Translations under genes and position numbers: made by a program
Source: a bacterium
GTDB taxonomy: Bacteria > UBA8248
Assembly: GCA_965213625.1 (NCBI GenBank)
Contig: CBDBZU010000004.1
Location: forward strand, 1,088,001-1,152,000
Direction of reading: 5' to 3'
DNA: 64,000 bases
The notes under the pieces: model-generated
Database searches by the model: none
The model's input: the letters and a program-made list of their open reading frames with translations, nothing else
What the model was told of the DNA's origin: nothing
Shown here: positions 1 through 9,658 of the stretch, piece after piece
How positions within the stretch are numbered: the stretch's first letter is position 1
How the letters are laid out: the number at the start of each line of letters is the position of its first letter

Positions 1-12
1 GGTTATGCCGTT

Positions 13-1626
13 CTATTCAACGGGCGCCAATTCCAGCAGCGCTTTCTTGTCGATCTTGTCACTCGCGACGCGGGGGAATTCACCGAGTTCGATGAACCGC
101 GCCGGTATCTTGTAGGTGGCGAGACCGCTCGTTCTGAGCGCATCTGCCAGAGATAGCGCATCCAGTCTTTTTCCCTCATGGGGCTGGATGAACGCCCATG
201 GCACCTCTCCGTATTCGGAATCGGGCGCGGCGACCACGGCGCACTCGAAGACGTCGGGATGTTTGGCGATCTCGCGCTCGACCTCGACAGGCAGTATTTT
301 CTGCCCGCTGCGGTTGATGACCTCCTTGCTGCGGCCCAGCAATCTCAAGCGGCCGTCTTCGTCAATGGTGCCGATGTCACCGGTCGCGTTCCACCCATCC
401 GACCAGACTGCCCTCGTCCCTTCCGGGTCTTTCCAGTAACCCGATGACGCGTAAGGGGCCGAGAGTTTGAAGTGGCCGACGCTCCCCTGTGGCAGTGCGT
501 TTCCCTCCTCATCCTCGATTCGCCAGCGGCATCCCCGATGCGGCAAGCCGACGCTGCCGTTGAGCCTGAGCACGGCAGGCTCGTTGAAGTCCGCGTGCGC
601 GAAGCCGGGGGTTTCCATGCTGCCCGCCGCGACCACGACGCGGCAATCGGTGAGACTTTCCACATGTCGCGCCGCGGCCAGGTCCGCAGCAGCCGTGCCG
701 ACCCGAATGGCACGCAGAGAGCTGAGATCGTAGGAGCTTAAGTTTTCCTGCGCCATCCGAGTGAGGATGACGGGCACGGTCGTCGCCACGGTGATCTTCG
801 CACTCTCGATGAGCGCCAGCAAAGCGCGCGCGTTATAGGTTTCGGGGAACGTGAAGGCGCACGGCGTCATGCCCGACGTCACCCAGACCAGCAGCCCCGC
901 GCCCCCCGCCATCGGCGCGAAAACGCCGATGTTGTCGTCCTCGCTGATACACAATCGCGCGCCGTTTGCGTGGGCGAGGCACATCTGCGCCCCTTCGGGC
1001 CATTCGCAAAGCTTCGAAAATCCGCTGGAGCCGCTCGAGACCGTGATGAGGGAAATCTCATCGAAGCGGAAACGCCGGGAGGCGATTTCTTTCAGTGAAC
1101 CGGGGTCTTGCGGTGGATTGGTCAACTCGTCCCAGGACAGCCACCCGGCGGGAGTTGCGTCCGAGAGATCGACGAGAAGCGTGTGCGAGGCTCCAGCGAA
1201 CGTCTCATCCAGCCAGGATTCTCCTTCATCATCCATGGTTTCCGGTGAGGCGAATATGACGCTCGGCGCAAGTTCCCGGCATGCGTAGCCCAGTTCCTGG
1301 CACCGCCACTGGATGGGGGCGAAACAGCCGATGACGCCCGCTTTCTTGAATGCGATGCGCAAGACGATCTCGCGGTTCGAAGATGACATCTGCACGAGGG
1401 CGCGGGCGTCGCGATCGATTCCTCTGGCGAACAGGTTCGCGGCGATGCGGTCGGTGAGTTCATCCAGACCTCGCCAGGTAATCTCCTCTTGCGAATCGCG
1501 GCAGGCGATTTTCCCAGGGAATTCCCGCGCATAGACGGCGTAGCGCTCCACCATCGTCTCGCGCGTCCAGTAACCGGCGGCGATATAGGCCTCGATTTTT
1601 TCCTGGTCAAGAAAAGAAGGTTTCAT
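13..1626 (-). CDS. AMP-binding enzyme (acyl/aryl-CoA ligase family)
   Basis: SSGSSGFSK AMP-binding motif, TGDIG..GRSKEVINRSG and YKIP motifs. Likely start is MKPSF at 1626; the upstream part of the 742-aa ORF overlaps the next gene. Confidence 0.9.
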   Translation of the reverse strand: MKPSFLDQEKIEAYIAAGYWTRETMVERYAVYAREFPGKIACRDSQEEITWRGLDELTDRIAANLFARGIDRDARALVQMSSSNREIVLRIAFKKAGVIGCFAPIQWRCQELGYACRELAPSVIFASPETMDDEGESWLDETFAGASHTLLVDLSDATPAGWLSWDELTNPPQDPGSLKEIASRRFRFDEISLITVSSGSSGFSKLCEWPEGAQMCLAHANGARLCISEDDNIGVFAPMAGGAGLLVWVTSGMTPCAFTFPETYNARALLALIESAKITVATTVPVILTRMAQENLSSYDLSSLRAIRVGTAAADLAAARHVESLTDCRVVVAAGSMETPGFAHADFNEPAVLRLNGSVGLPHRGCRWRIEDEEGNALPQGSVGHFKLSAPYASSGYWKDPEGTRAVWSDGWNATGDIGTIDEDGRLRLLGRSKEVINRSGQKILPVEVEREIAKHPDVFECAVVAAPDSEYGEVPWAFIQPHEGKRLDALSLADALRTSGLATYKIPARFIELGEFPRVASDKIDKKALLELAPVE

Positions 1627-1640
1627 GCTTGATTCCGGGA

Positions 1641-2426
1641 TTAGCGGCCCTTGTACTCGGGGGCGCGTTTTTCGGCGTAGGCTTTCAGGGCCTCGCGGCT
1701 GTCCTCGGTCGCCATGCAGATGGCGTAGAGTTTTCGCTCGAAGTCGATGCCCGCCAGAAGCTCGGTTTCCGTGGAGCGCAATACGGCGTCGCGCCCGGCG
1801 ACGAAGGCCATGGGGGATTGCGCCCCAAGGGTGCGCGCCAGCTCCTTCGCACGGGGCATTAACTCGGCAAGCGGCATGACTTCGGTGACCAGGCCGATTT
1901 CGCGGGCGGTTTCGGCGTCGACGCGCTGTCCCGTCAGGATCATCTGCATGGCCCAGCCCAGCCCGACGAACCGGTAGAGACGCTGCGTGCCGCCCGAACC
2001 GGGAATCTGGCCCAGGTTGATCTCCGGCTGCGCGAGCTGGGCGTTCTCGCTCGCGATGCGGATTGTGCACCCCATGGCGAATTCCAGCCCCGCGCCGAAG
2101 CAGTAGCCGTTGATCGCGGCCACGGTCGGCTTGCCGAGGCGTTCGATGGCGGTCGGCAGTTCCTTTCGCAGCGTGGCCGAGGGGCCCATCTCCGAGACCA
2201 GCGTGCGTCGTTCGAGTTCGGGGATGTTGGTGCCGGCGCAAAACGACTTGTCCCCGTGCCCGGTGAAGACGATAGCCTTCACCGCGTCGTCGGTTTCGGC
2301 GCGGCGGGCGCAGTCGAGCAGGTCGATCCGCATTTGCTGGGTCATGGCGTTTCGCCGCTCCGGCCAGTGCAATGTGACGATCAGCAACTCACCGTCCATT
2401 TCGGTGCGCAGGTTCTCGTAGTTCAT
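1641..2426 (-). CDS. enoyl-CoA hydratase/isomerase (crotonase) family protein
   Basis: FCAGTNI, AAINGYCFGAGLE and PEINLGQIPGSGGTQRL motifs; start MNYENL at 2426. Confidence 0.92.
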   Translation of the reverse strand: MNYENLRTEMDGELLIVTLHWPERRNAMTQQMRIDLLDCARRAETDDAVKAIVFTGHGDKSFCAGTNIPELERRTLVSEMGPSATLRKELPTAIERLGKPTVAAINGYCFGAGLEFAMGCTIRIASENAQLAQPEINLGQIPGSGGTQRLYRFVGLGWAMQMILTGQRVDAETAREIGLVTEVMPLAELMPRAKELARTLGAQSPMAFVAGRDAVLRSTETELLAGIDFERKLYAICMATEDSREALKAYAEKRAPEYKGR

Positions 2427-2806
2427 GTCGGCTCCACCCCCATGTTGTGTGTGTTTTCTCCTCGACACCGCCTGTTTACCCATTGTAATCACTATCCGCG
2501 CCGTTTACGTCAACCGGCGTTTGGCCTGTTTCGCAAATACGCCGTCATTGCCATGAGTTTTTTCTACTTTACGCTCTCGAAGGTCCGGCCTTTGTCCAGC
2601 GCGTAGATGCGGTCGTCCATGCGTCCACGATTCCGGGTTGTGAGGAATTCGCAATGTTGTTCGTGTGGTACGGCTTGTCAAGCATACGAACGGAGCGTCA
2701 ATGAAAAGCGCCGGAAGAAAGGGCGTTCACCGCGGCGTCCCGACCCTCATGCGAGAGTGCCGGGACGCCGCAGCGGGGTATGGTCGAAAGTATGCGTTCG
2801 GTCCCG

Positions 2807-3991
2807 TTACGCACCCAGCTTCAGCTTGAGCCAGTCGAAAATCTCGTGCGCGTAGGGGGGCACGTTGTCCATCTGGCAGTGCTGGGCGCCGGTTTCGGTT
2901 CCCTTGACGACCCGGAAGGTCTTGTCCTTCGAGCCCGAGGCGTTGAAGAGATTTTTCGCGTCGGCGAGGGGTATCTGCTGGTCACCCTCTCCGTGGATCA
3001 GCAAAAACGGGCAGCGCATGTTCTGCACCACGCCGTCGAGCTTGAAGTCCGCGAGCAAGTCGAGACACTCCTCGGTGGAGTCCGAGTTGAAAATCCACGT
3101 CAGGTGATGGCCGGGAACCGAGAGGGCCGTCTTGTAGGCGGCGGCGATTCTGTCCTGCCACACCCGCTGGTAGTCCCAGATCGCCCCCCACGCCACGCAC
3201 GCCTTGAAGCGGTGCTCCATGCTCGCGTTTCTGGGCGCGTAGTAGCCGCCCAGGCTGATCGCCATGACGCCGGCGCGCTTCGCGTCCACGTCGTTTCTGC
3301 TTTCGAGATAATCGAGGGCCGCAGCGCCCGCGGTTTCATGGTCGTGGCGCAGGTAGAGCTTCCTGAAGCGGATGGCTTCTCCGTTTCCGGGCGCATCCAC
3401 GGCGAGTACGCTCATCCCCCGGCGAACGAGGTCTTCCGCGCCCAGGATGTATTGAATCTCCTTCGAAACGTCGAAACCGTCGAAGGATACCACCACGGGC
3501 GGTTTTCTTTTTCTCGTGTTCTGCGCGTGAATGAGGATTCCGGGCAGCGTCTTTTTACCCTCGAAGGGGATTTCCACGTGCTCGATGCGCGGAGCGTCCG
3601 TGAGCGCGGCGAAGCGCTTGAAGCTGTCGAGTGATTTGCGGTACGCGGCGTTCGCCGCCTTGTCCTTGGGCGTCCGGAAGCGCTCGCCGAGCTGGTAGTA
3701 GAAACACGCGCGCTTAAAGAATGCGGCGGCGGAGAGATTGTTCTTTTTCCGAGCGGCGGCCATGCCGAGGGAGCGCATCCTGTCGGCCTCACTCACCCAT
3801 TCGTCGAACCAGGCGTCGTCGTCGCCAATCTTGCCCTTTAACTTGCGGCAGACCCTGTCGACCTCGCCCATCGTGGACGAACCCCAATAGGATGTGGAAT
3901 AGGCGATGCCTACGCCTGCGGACCAGCGGTAGTCATCGGGAAAATACGCGAACCACGGTTCCTTGCGGACGGCTTGTGCGGCTTTTGCCAT
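2807..3991 (-). CDS. alpha/beta hydrolase, FrsA / 2,6-dihydroxypseudooxynicotine hydrolase-like (paralog 1)
   Basis: EIPFEG, DGFD..KE, VDAPGNGE, AISLGGYYAPR nucleophile elbow and C-terminal HCQ. Confidence 0.85.
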   Translation of the reverse strand: MAKAAQAVRKEPWFAYFPDDYRWSAGVGIAYSTSYWGSSTMGEVDRVCRKLKGKIGDDDAWFDEWVSEADRMRSLGMAAARKKNNLSAAAFFKRACFYYQLGERFRTPKDKAANAAYRKSLDSFKRFAALTDAPRIEHVEIPFEGKKTLPGILIHAQNTRKRKPPVVVSFDGFDVSKEIQYILGAEDLVRRGMSVLAVDAPGNGEAIRFRKLYLRHDHETAGAAALDYLESRNDVDAKRAGVMAISLGGYYAPRNASMEHRFKACVAWGAIWDYQRVWQDRIAAAYKTALSVPGHHLTWIFNSDSTEECLDLLADFKLDGVVQNMRCPFLLIHGEGDQQIPLADAKNLFNASGSKDKTFRVVKGTETGAQHCQMDNVPPYAHEIFDWLKLKLGA

Positions 3992-4182
3992 GAGGCGTTC
4001 TCCTTACGCGAAATTGAATTTTATCGTGCAAATATCATTGAGGGATGGCGCGGAAATATCGAGAAAAACGGATATTTCAATCCGTGAGTTCTTCGAAATT
4101 CAGGCTTCCTCGTTTCATTGTTCCAGTAGGGAAATTTATATCACAGCATCATTTTCACGTCATCGGTGGTGGGTGTTCAGTG

Positions 4183-4210
4183 GTAGGGACAGGTCGCGAC
4201 CTGTCCCTAC
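4183..4210. repeat. GTAG-type REP, perfect 28-bp palindrome
   Basis: GTAGGGACAGGTCG/CGACCTGTCCCTAC; other copies at 5149, 43501 and 45808. Confidence 0.9.
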
Positions 4211-5133
4211 AAAGACCGGCCCAGCGCCTTTTTGAGTTCCTCTTCATGGCCGAGGCCGAGTATCCATGCCTCTTCCGTTTCGATGATGCGGCGCTCGGCG
4301 GCGTTGAGATGAGAAGCGCCTTGGAATAAGGGGCCCAGCCCGCCCAGGGCGTCGAGCCTTGCGAATGCCTCCGCGTTCACGCGAACCTGTGCGGCGTCAG
4401 TTATTTCGGCCTCACTCTTTCGCTCTTCAATTTCTTTCCTGAGGAGGGAAGGGTAGATTTCGGCGATTACGGCGGGCGCTTCGGGCGCGCGCAATCCGGT
4501 ATCGAAGGGCCAGACGGCGAGGCGGCCTTTCAGGCGCGGGTGCTCTATGAGTCGCTTGATAGCAGGCAGGCCCAGGAGCACCTGCGAACCGACGGACCCG
4601 GCGTAGGCCAGTTGCCAGACGGTCTTGGCGCCCCTGGCCTGGGAGTCGGCGATGCGCCGCTCGGGAGGATGCGCCTCCCGGCCCGTGCGGCGCGATTCGC
4701 GTGTCGGCACCTCGGGGTATCCCCAGCTTTCCGGTCGACCCCAGAAGGGGCCGATTCCCGGATAGGTGCGGTTGATCGCCTCCGCGACTTCGAAGCGGTT
4801 GTTCGCGTTGTTCTCGGCGTCTTCGATGCGGGCCGCCAGCCAGCCCCGGAGCGTGCGGGCCGAGGCCTCGCCCGTCAGGTGCGCCGCCACCCCGGCCGGG
4901 TAGCCGAAGGGAAAGTCGAAACCGATCAACACGCGGCGGGCGGCGTCTAGTTCCATTGCGATGATATCTGCCAAACGCTCCACCGCGTCGTGGCGGGTGC
5001 GGGCGTACGCGGGTTCGTCCACGACGCCGTCGCGCGCGGCGGCCCACCAGATGGCGTCTTTCGTCGGACGGGCCGGACTCGGCTTCGAGCGCGCCGACCA
5101 GTCGACGATGACGTGGGTTTGGAAGGTAGTCAT
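4207..5133 (-). CDS. DUF429-like / predicted RNase H-like fold protein
   Basis: VDWS, GFDFPFGYP, EIYP and EGW-like (EEAWILG) motifs; bounded by REPs. Confidence 0.6.
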   Translation of the reverse strand: MTTFQTHVIVDWSARSKPSPARPTKDAIWWAAARDGVVDEPAYARTRHDAVERLADIIAMELDAARRVLIGFDFPFGYPAGVAAHLTGEASARTLRGWLAARIEDAENNANNRFEVAEAINRTYPGIGPFWGRPESWGYPEVPTRESRRTGREAHPPERRIADSQARGAKTVWQLAYAGSVGSQVLLGLPAIKRLIEHPRLKGRLAVWPFDTGLRAPEAPAVIAEIYPSLLRKEIEERKSEAEITDAAQVRVNAEAFARLDALGGLGPLFQGASHLNAAERRIIETEEAWILGLGHEEELKKALGRSL

Positions 5134-5148
5134 GGGCTCTCAGGTAAG

Positions 5149-5218
5149 GGGACAGGTCGCGACCTGTCCCTACACAGGCAAACAGGAAGGCAGGACAGGC
5201 ACGGGGGCCTGTCCCTAC
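5149..5218. repeat. REP doublet
   Basis: GGGACAGGTCGCGACCTGTCCCTAC followed by GGACAGGCACGGGGGCCTGTCCCTAC. Confidence 0.85.
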
Positions 5219-5226
5219 GATCCCGT

Positions 5227-6402
5227 CTACCCGCAGAGTTTCTCCTGGAGCCAGTCGAACATGTAGGCCGTGCCGATGGCGTAGTTGTCGCGCTGGCAGT
5301 GCTGGGAGCCGCCTTCCTTCACGGTGAAGACCTTGAGCGTCTTGTCCTTCGAGCCCACGGCGTTGTAGAGCGCCTTGGCGTCTCGGAGCGGAATCTGCTT
5401 GTCGTCCGCCCCGTGCGTGACGAGGAAGGGACACCGCATCTTCTGCACGACGCCGTCGAGCCGGAAGCCGTCCAGCTTGGCGAGGGCGTCGTCGAGCGAG
5501 TCTGCGTTCAGTATCCACTGGATGTGATGGCCCGGTACGGAGAGTTCCGCCTTGAAGGAGGCGTCGATGCGCTTTTTCCAGGTGGCGTAGTAGTCCCAGA
5601 TCGCCCCCCAGGCGAGACACGCCTTGTAGCGCGGCTCCATGCTGGCGATGCGCGGCGCGTAGTAGCCGCCCAGGCTGACGGCCATGACGCCGGCGTTCCT
5701 GGCGTCCACGTCGTTTCTGGTTTCGAGATAATCGAGCGCGGCCGAGCCGGCGACTTCATAGTCGTGACGCAGGTAGATGTTGCGCAGGCGGATGGCCTCG
5801 CCCGTGCCGGGGCCGTCCATCACCAGACAGCTCATGCCGCGGCGGATGAGGTCTTCCACGCCGCGCGTGAACTGGAGTTCCTTGGTGACGTCGAGCCCGT
5901 CGAAGAAGACGACGACGGGGGGTTTTCTCTTCCTCGTATTTTCGGCGTGCACGAGATAGCCGGGCAGCTTTTTTCGGCCCTCGAAGGGAACCTCCACGGC
6001 CTCGATTCTGGGCCTGTCCGTCAGGCGGGTGAAGCGGCGGAAGGTGTCGAGCGATTTCTTGAACGTGGCGACCGCGCGCTTGTCCTTGGGCGTCCGGAAG
6101 CGTTCGCCCATCTGGTAGTAGCAGGTGGCGCGCTTGTAGTGGGTGGCGGCGGAGAGGTTCTTTTTCTTACGCTCGGCGGCGCGGCCCAAATCCCGCACGG
6201 TGTCGCCCATGCGGTCCCACTCGCGGAACCAAAGGTTGTCGTCGCCGAGCTTCTTGTAGAGGCGGCGGCAGACCTTGTCGACCTCGCCGATTTCGGTCCC
6301 GCCCCACTGCGCGCTCGACACCATGCCGCAGATGGCGGCCGACCAGCGGTAGTCCTCGGGAAAATACGTGTACCAGTTCGTGTTCGCGGGTGCTTCGGGC
6401 AT
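5227..6402 (-). CDS. alpha/beta hydrolase, FrsA / DHPON hydrolase-like (paralog 2)
   Basis: Closely similar to 2807..3991 (AVSLGGYYAPR, HCQ); start MPEAP at 6402 with GGAGG RBS. Confidence 0.85.
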   Translation of the reverse strand: MPEAPANTNWYTYFPEDYRWSAAICGMVSSAQWGGTEIGEVDKVCRRLYKKLGDDNLWFREWDRMGDTVRDLGRAAERKKKNLSAATHYKRATCYYQMGERFRTPKDKRAVATFKKSLDTFRRFTRLTDRPRIEAVEVPFEGRKKLPGYLVHAENTRKRKPPVVVFFDGLDVTKELQFTRGVEDLIRRGMSCLVMDGPGTGEAIRLRNIYLRHDYEVAGSAALDYLETRNDVDARNAGVMAVSLGGYYAPRIASMEPRYKACLAWGAIWDYYATWKKRIDASFKAELSVPGHHIQWILNADSLDDALAKLDGFRLDGVVQKMRCPFLVTHGADDKQIPLRDAKALYNAVGSKDKTLKVFTVKEGGSQHCQRDNYAIGTAYMFDWLQEKLCG

Positions 6403-6578
6403 GAATGGCCTCCTTGCGTCGCATCCGGGACGCGCCGGAGCGCATGTGCGCCCGGGTCCGAGTCGCGCGAATGCGGGTCTTCGGGTTGAATGTAAGTGCC
6501 GGGGATCATATCTTTGTTCCACGCTGATAATCAAACCGATGAGCCGATCGCCGGCGTCTCGAGGATGGGGAGTGTGCG

Positions 6579-7943
6579 ATGAGCGAGAGGAAAGACTTCG
6601 ATAAAGTACTGGACTATATCGATGCGAACGCGGATAGCATCGTGGCCGACCTGCAGGAACTCTGCCGCCAGCCGAGCATCTCGACCACGAACGTGGGGAT
6701 AAGAGAGATGGCGGCCCTGCTAGAAGCCCGCGTGGCGCGTTCGGGCCTTAAGACGACGCTCCATGAGACGGGCGGCAACCCGATTCTCACCGCGCGCCTC
6801 AAAGGCGGCGGAGACAAGACGCTTCTTTTCTACAACCACTACGACGTGCAGCCGGCGGAGCCGCTCTCGGAATGGGATACCCCGCCGTTTGACGCCCAAG
6901 TGGTGGACGGCGCCGTCATCGCGCGCGGTTCGACGGACAACAAGGGCAACATCATGAGCCGTCTGGCGGCGTTCGAGGCGTTCCTCGCGGTGCGCGGCGA
7001 GCTTCCCTGCACGGTCAAGTACATCATCGAGGGCGAGGAAGAAGTGGGAAGTCCCTCGCTCGAGCCTTTCGTGAAGGAAAACGCCGATCTGCTCGCGGCG
7101 GACGGCTGCGTGTGGGAGGACAACACCACGCGGGTGGACACGCCGGTGCTCTCGCTCGGCAACAAGGGGCTTTGCTACATGGAGCTCACCTGCCGGACGG
7201 CGAACGTGGATTTCCACAGCTCGAACGCCCAGATATACGAGAACGCGGCTTGGCGGATGACGTGGGCGCTCTCGACCATGAAGGACAGGCAAGAGAACGT
7301 GCTGGTGGAAGGATTCTACGACGACGTGCTGCCGATCACCGAAATCGAGGACGAACTCATCCGCCGCGTCCTGCCCTACAACGGGGCGGAGCGCATCGAG
7401 AAGTTCGAGCTTCGCAAGTTCCTCCTCGATATGAAGGACGAGGATCTGCCGCGCCGCCATCTCGCGAACCCGACCTTCAACATCGCGGGCTTTGACGGCG
7501 GCTACACCGGCGAGGGGGTGAAGACCATCGTCTCCGCCCGCGCTCGGGCCAAGATAGACTGCCGCCTCGTGCCGGACCAGGACCCTTACAAGATAAGAGA
7601 CTGCGTGCGCGCGCATCTGGACAAGCACGGCTTCGAGGACATCGGCGTGGAGCTTCTGTTCACCTCCTACCCGGCGAAGAGCGACCCCGAGGCCGATATC
7701 GTCAAGGCGTGTAACGCGGCGGCGCAGAGGCTCTACGGGGAGGACGCCATCATCAACCCGTTCGGCAACGGCAGCACGCCGACGTATATTGTTTTGAAGC
7801 ACCTCGGCATTCCGCTTTCCTCCACCGGGGTGGGCCGCATTACCTCGCGCACGCACAGCGCGAACGAGAACCTGAAAATCGCGGACCTGATAGACGGGGC
7901 CAAGTGGATGGCCGCCATCTGCGAGGAGTTCAGCGGACTGTAA
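6579..7943 (+). CDS. M20/M25/M40 family metallopeptidase/deacylase
   Basis: HYDVQP, RGSTDNKG, EGEEEVGS and HSANE motifs. Confidence 0.92.
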   Translation: MSERKDFDKVLDYIDANADSIVADLQELCRQPSISTTNVGIREMAALLEARVARSGLKTTLHETGGNPILTARLKGGGDKTLLFYNHYDVQPAEPLSEWDTPPFDAQVVDGAVIARGSTDNKGNIMSRLAAFEAFLAVRGELPCTVKYIIEGEEEVGSPSLEPFVKENADLLAADGCVWEDNTTRVDTPVLSLGNKGLCYMELTCRTANVDFHSSNAQIYENAAWRMTWALSTMKDRQENVLVEGFYDDVLPITEIEDELIRRVLPYNGAERIEKFELRKFLLDMKDEDLPRRHLANPTFNIAGFDGGYTGEGVKTIVSARARAKIDCRLVPDQDPYKIRDCVRAHLDKHGFEDIGVELLFTSYPAKSDPEADIVKACNAAAQRLYGEDAIINPFGNGSTPTYIVLKHLGIPLSSTGVGRITSRTHSANENLKIADLIDGAKWMAAICEEFSGL

Positions 7944-8013
7944 GGAGTTTGTGGGGGCCGCTCATCGAGCGCCCGTTTTTGGAGAGATGGAATCACGCAT
8001 ACAGGAGAAGAAG

Positions 8014-8409
8014 ATGCACGTTTTCGATCTGGAGAAAGAAAAGGAATTCAGCAAGGAAAAACACGTGGAGAAGATTCTGGGCCGCTTCGAGGAGGGCGAC
8101 GTGACGGTGGCCTGCTGGGAGCCCGGGCAGGTGAGTCCCTACCATTGCCACCCCCACGCGACGGAGATTTATTTCTGCTACAAGGGCGGCGGCAGGATGA
8201 AGACCCCCACCGGCGAGGTGGACGTGATCCCCGGTTCCTTCATCGTGCATCCTCCGGGCGAGGTGCATGAATACACCAACGGCTCCGAGCGCACGCTGCT
8301 CTACCGGGTGCGCTACGGCGGCGACAAGCTCTCGCGTCACCTGGAATGGCCCACCAATCCCAACTGGAAGGCCCGGCCCGAGGACGAAGAGTATTTCAAA
8401 GACGCGTAG
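8014..8409 (+). CDS. cupin domain protein
   Basis: HCHPHATE...HPPGEVH cupin motifs; AGGAG RBS before ATG 8014. Confidence 0.85.
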   Translation: MHVFDLEKEKEFSKEKHVEKILGRFEEGDVTVACWEPGQVSPYHCHPHATEIYFCYKGGGRMKTPTGEVDVIPGSFIVHPPGEVHEYTNGSERTLLYRVRYGGDKLSRHLEWPTNPNWKARPEDEEYFKDA

Positions 8410-8575
8410 GCATTCGCACACCGTAGGGGCGGACCTGTGTGTCCGCCCCATGGTTCGCGAACCGTCCCTGCTGCCGGGTGTGATTTTTAACGTCATTCCG
8501 ACAATCAATGCCGACCGGGGAGAGAAGAGATTCACTCTCCCTTGAGGGTCATTGCAACTGACTAAAGAGGAAGAA

Positions 8576-8757
8576 CCACTCCCCCCTTGAGGGGGAGTCG
8601 AAGAGTTGAGGGCGTAAGCCCGAAAGCGATTCGGTGGGGGGTATAGTTCGGACTGGAAATAAAACGCATTTTACCCCCCACCGATTCAACCTTCGCACAA
8701 ACCGCTCTGCTTCATCGTCGGCTTTCCCCTCGGGAAGCCGACCCTCAAGGGGGGAGT
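8576..8757. repeat. ~170-180 bp MITE-like palindromic element, copy A
   Basis: Terminal ACTCCCCCCTTGAGGG...CCCTCAAGGGGGGAGT; homologous copies at 32738, 39222 and 45864. Followed by an IS1182-type end TTTTTCAACAGCCCC at 8811-8825. Confidence 0.88.
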
Positions 8758-8862
8758 TGATTTGATATTCCATTTGATGGAAGGAGAACTCCTTAGGGGG
8801 CGCATGCTAATTTTTCAACAGCCCCTCCTCACTCGCGTTTGACCCCCACTAGGAGCGCGTCC

Positions 8863-9651
8863 GTGAGCGGTACGATGGATTTCGATGAGAATGCCTCGCG
8901 CCGCGCCGAGGCCATATACCGGACTCGGGACATGGTGGAGGCCAGACGGCGGACGATAGAAGCGTTGCGTCTCATCCCCGGCGCGCGCGCTCTGGACGTG
9001 GGTTCCGGCCCCGGCCTGTTCGCCGATGAGATGGCGCAGATGGTCGGCCCGACGGGACTTGTGCGCGGCGTGGACCTCAGCGAGTCGATGATCGAGATCG
9101 CCAGGGCGCGCTGCGCCGATAAGCCCTGGGTTGATTTTCAGATCGCCGACGCCGTATCACTCCCGTTCGAAGACGGGTATTTCGACGCCTGCGTGAGCGT
9201 GCAGACACTCGAGTTCGTGGCGGACGTGGATGCGGCCTTGCGCGAGATTCACCGCGCCATGAAGCCCGGCGGACGAATCGCGGTCAGCGACGCCGACTGG
9301 GGCTCCACGACGTGGCGCTGCAAGGATGCGGCGCGCTGCGAGCGGGTGTTGGCCGGCTGGCTGGAGGGCTTCGCCCATCTGAGACTGCCGCTCACGCTCA
9401 AGTCCAGGATAGAGGCGGCGGGCTTCGTCGATGCGTCCGCCCACGCGATCCCCGTTCTCGACACCGCCTACGGGCCAGAGTGCTTCAGCTTTCACTTCAT
9501 CCGCATGTTTCAGGGCGTCTTGCCGGAGCGCACCGGCCTCACGCAGGAAGAGGTGGACGCCTGGGCGGAGGACTTGCGCGAACAAGGCGAGGCGGGCGCT
9601 TATTTCTTCGCGCATAACAGGTATCTATTCACGGCGGATAAGCCGCACTGA
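8863..9651 (+). CDS. SAM-dependent methyltransferase
   Basis: LDVGSGPG motif I, DAVSLPFEDGYFD and KPGGRI; GTG start after AGGAG. Confidence 0.9.
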   Translation: MSGTMDFDENASRRAEAIYRTRDMVEARRRTIEALRLIPGARALDVGSGPGLFADEMAQMVGPTGLVRGVDLSESMIEIARARCADKPWVDFQIADAVSLPFEDGYFDACVSVQTLEFVADVDAALREIHRAMKPGGRIAVSDADWGSTTWRCKDAARCERVLAGWLEGFAHLRLPLTLKSRIEAAGFVDASAHAIPVLDTAYGPECFSFHFIRMFQGVLPERTGLTQEEVDAWAEDLREQGEAGAYFFAHNRYLFTADKPH

Positions 9652-9658
9652 GAAAAGA

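Noticed and set aside
1627-2241. N-terminal 204 aa of the 742-aa ORF as a fusion domain
   Set aside because: It is an Arg-rich alternative frame overlapping the enoyl-CoA hydratase; ligase homology starts at MKPSF (1626).
4990-6489. Long antisense ORFs (also 6720..7856, 39373..40806, 41383..42633, 52067..52999)
   Set aside because: They are shadow frames of GC-rich genes with no recognisable motifs.
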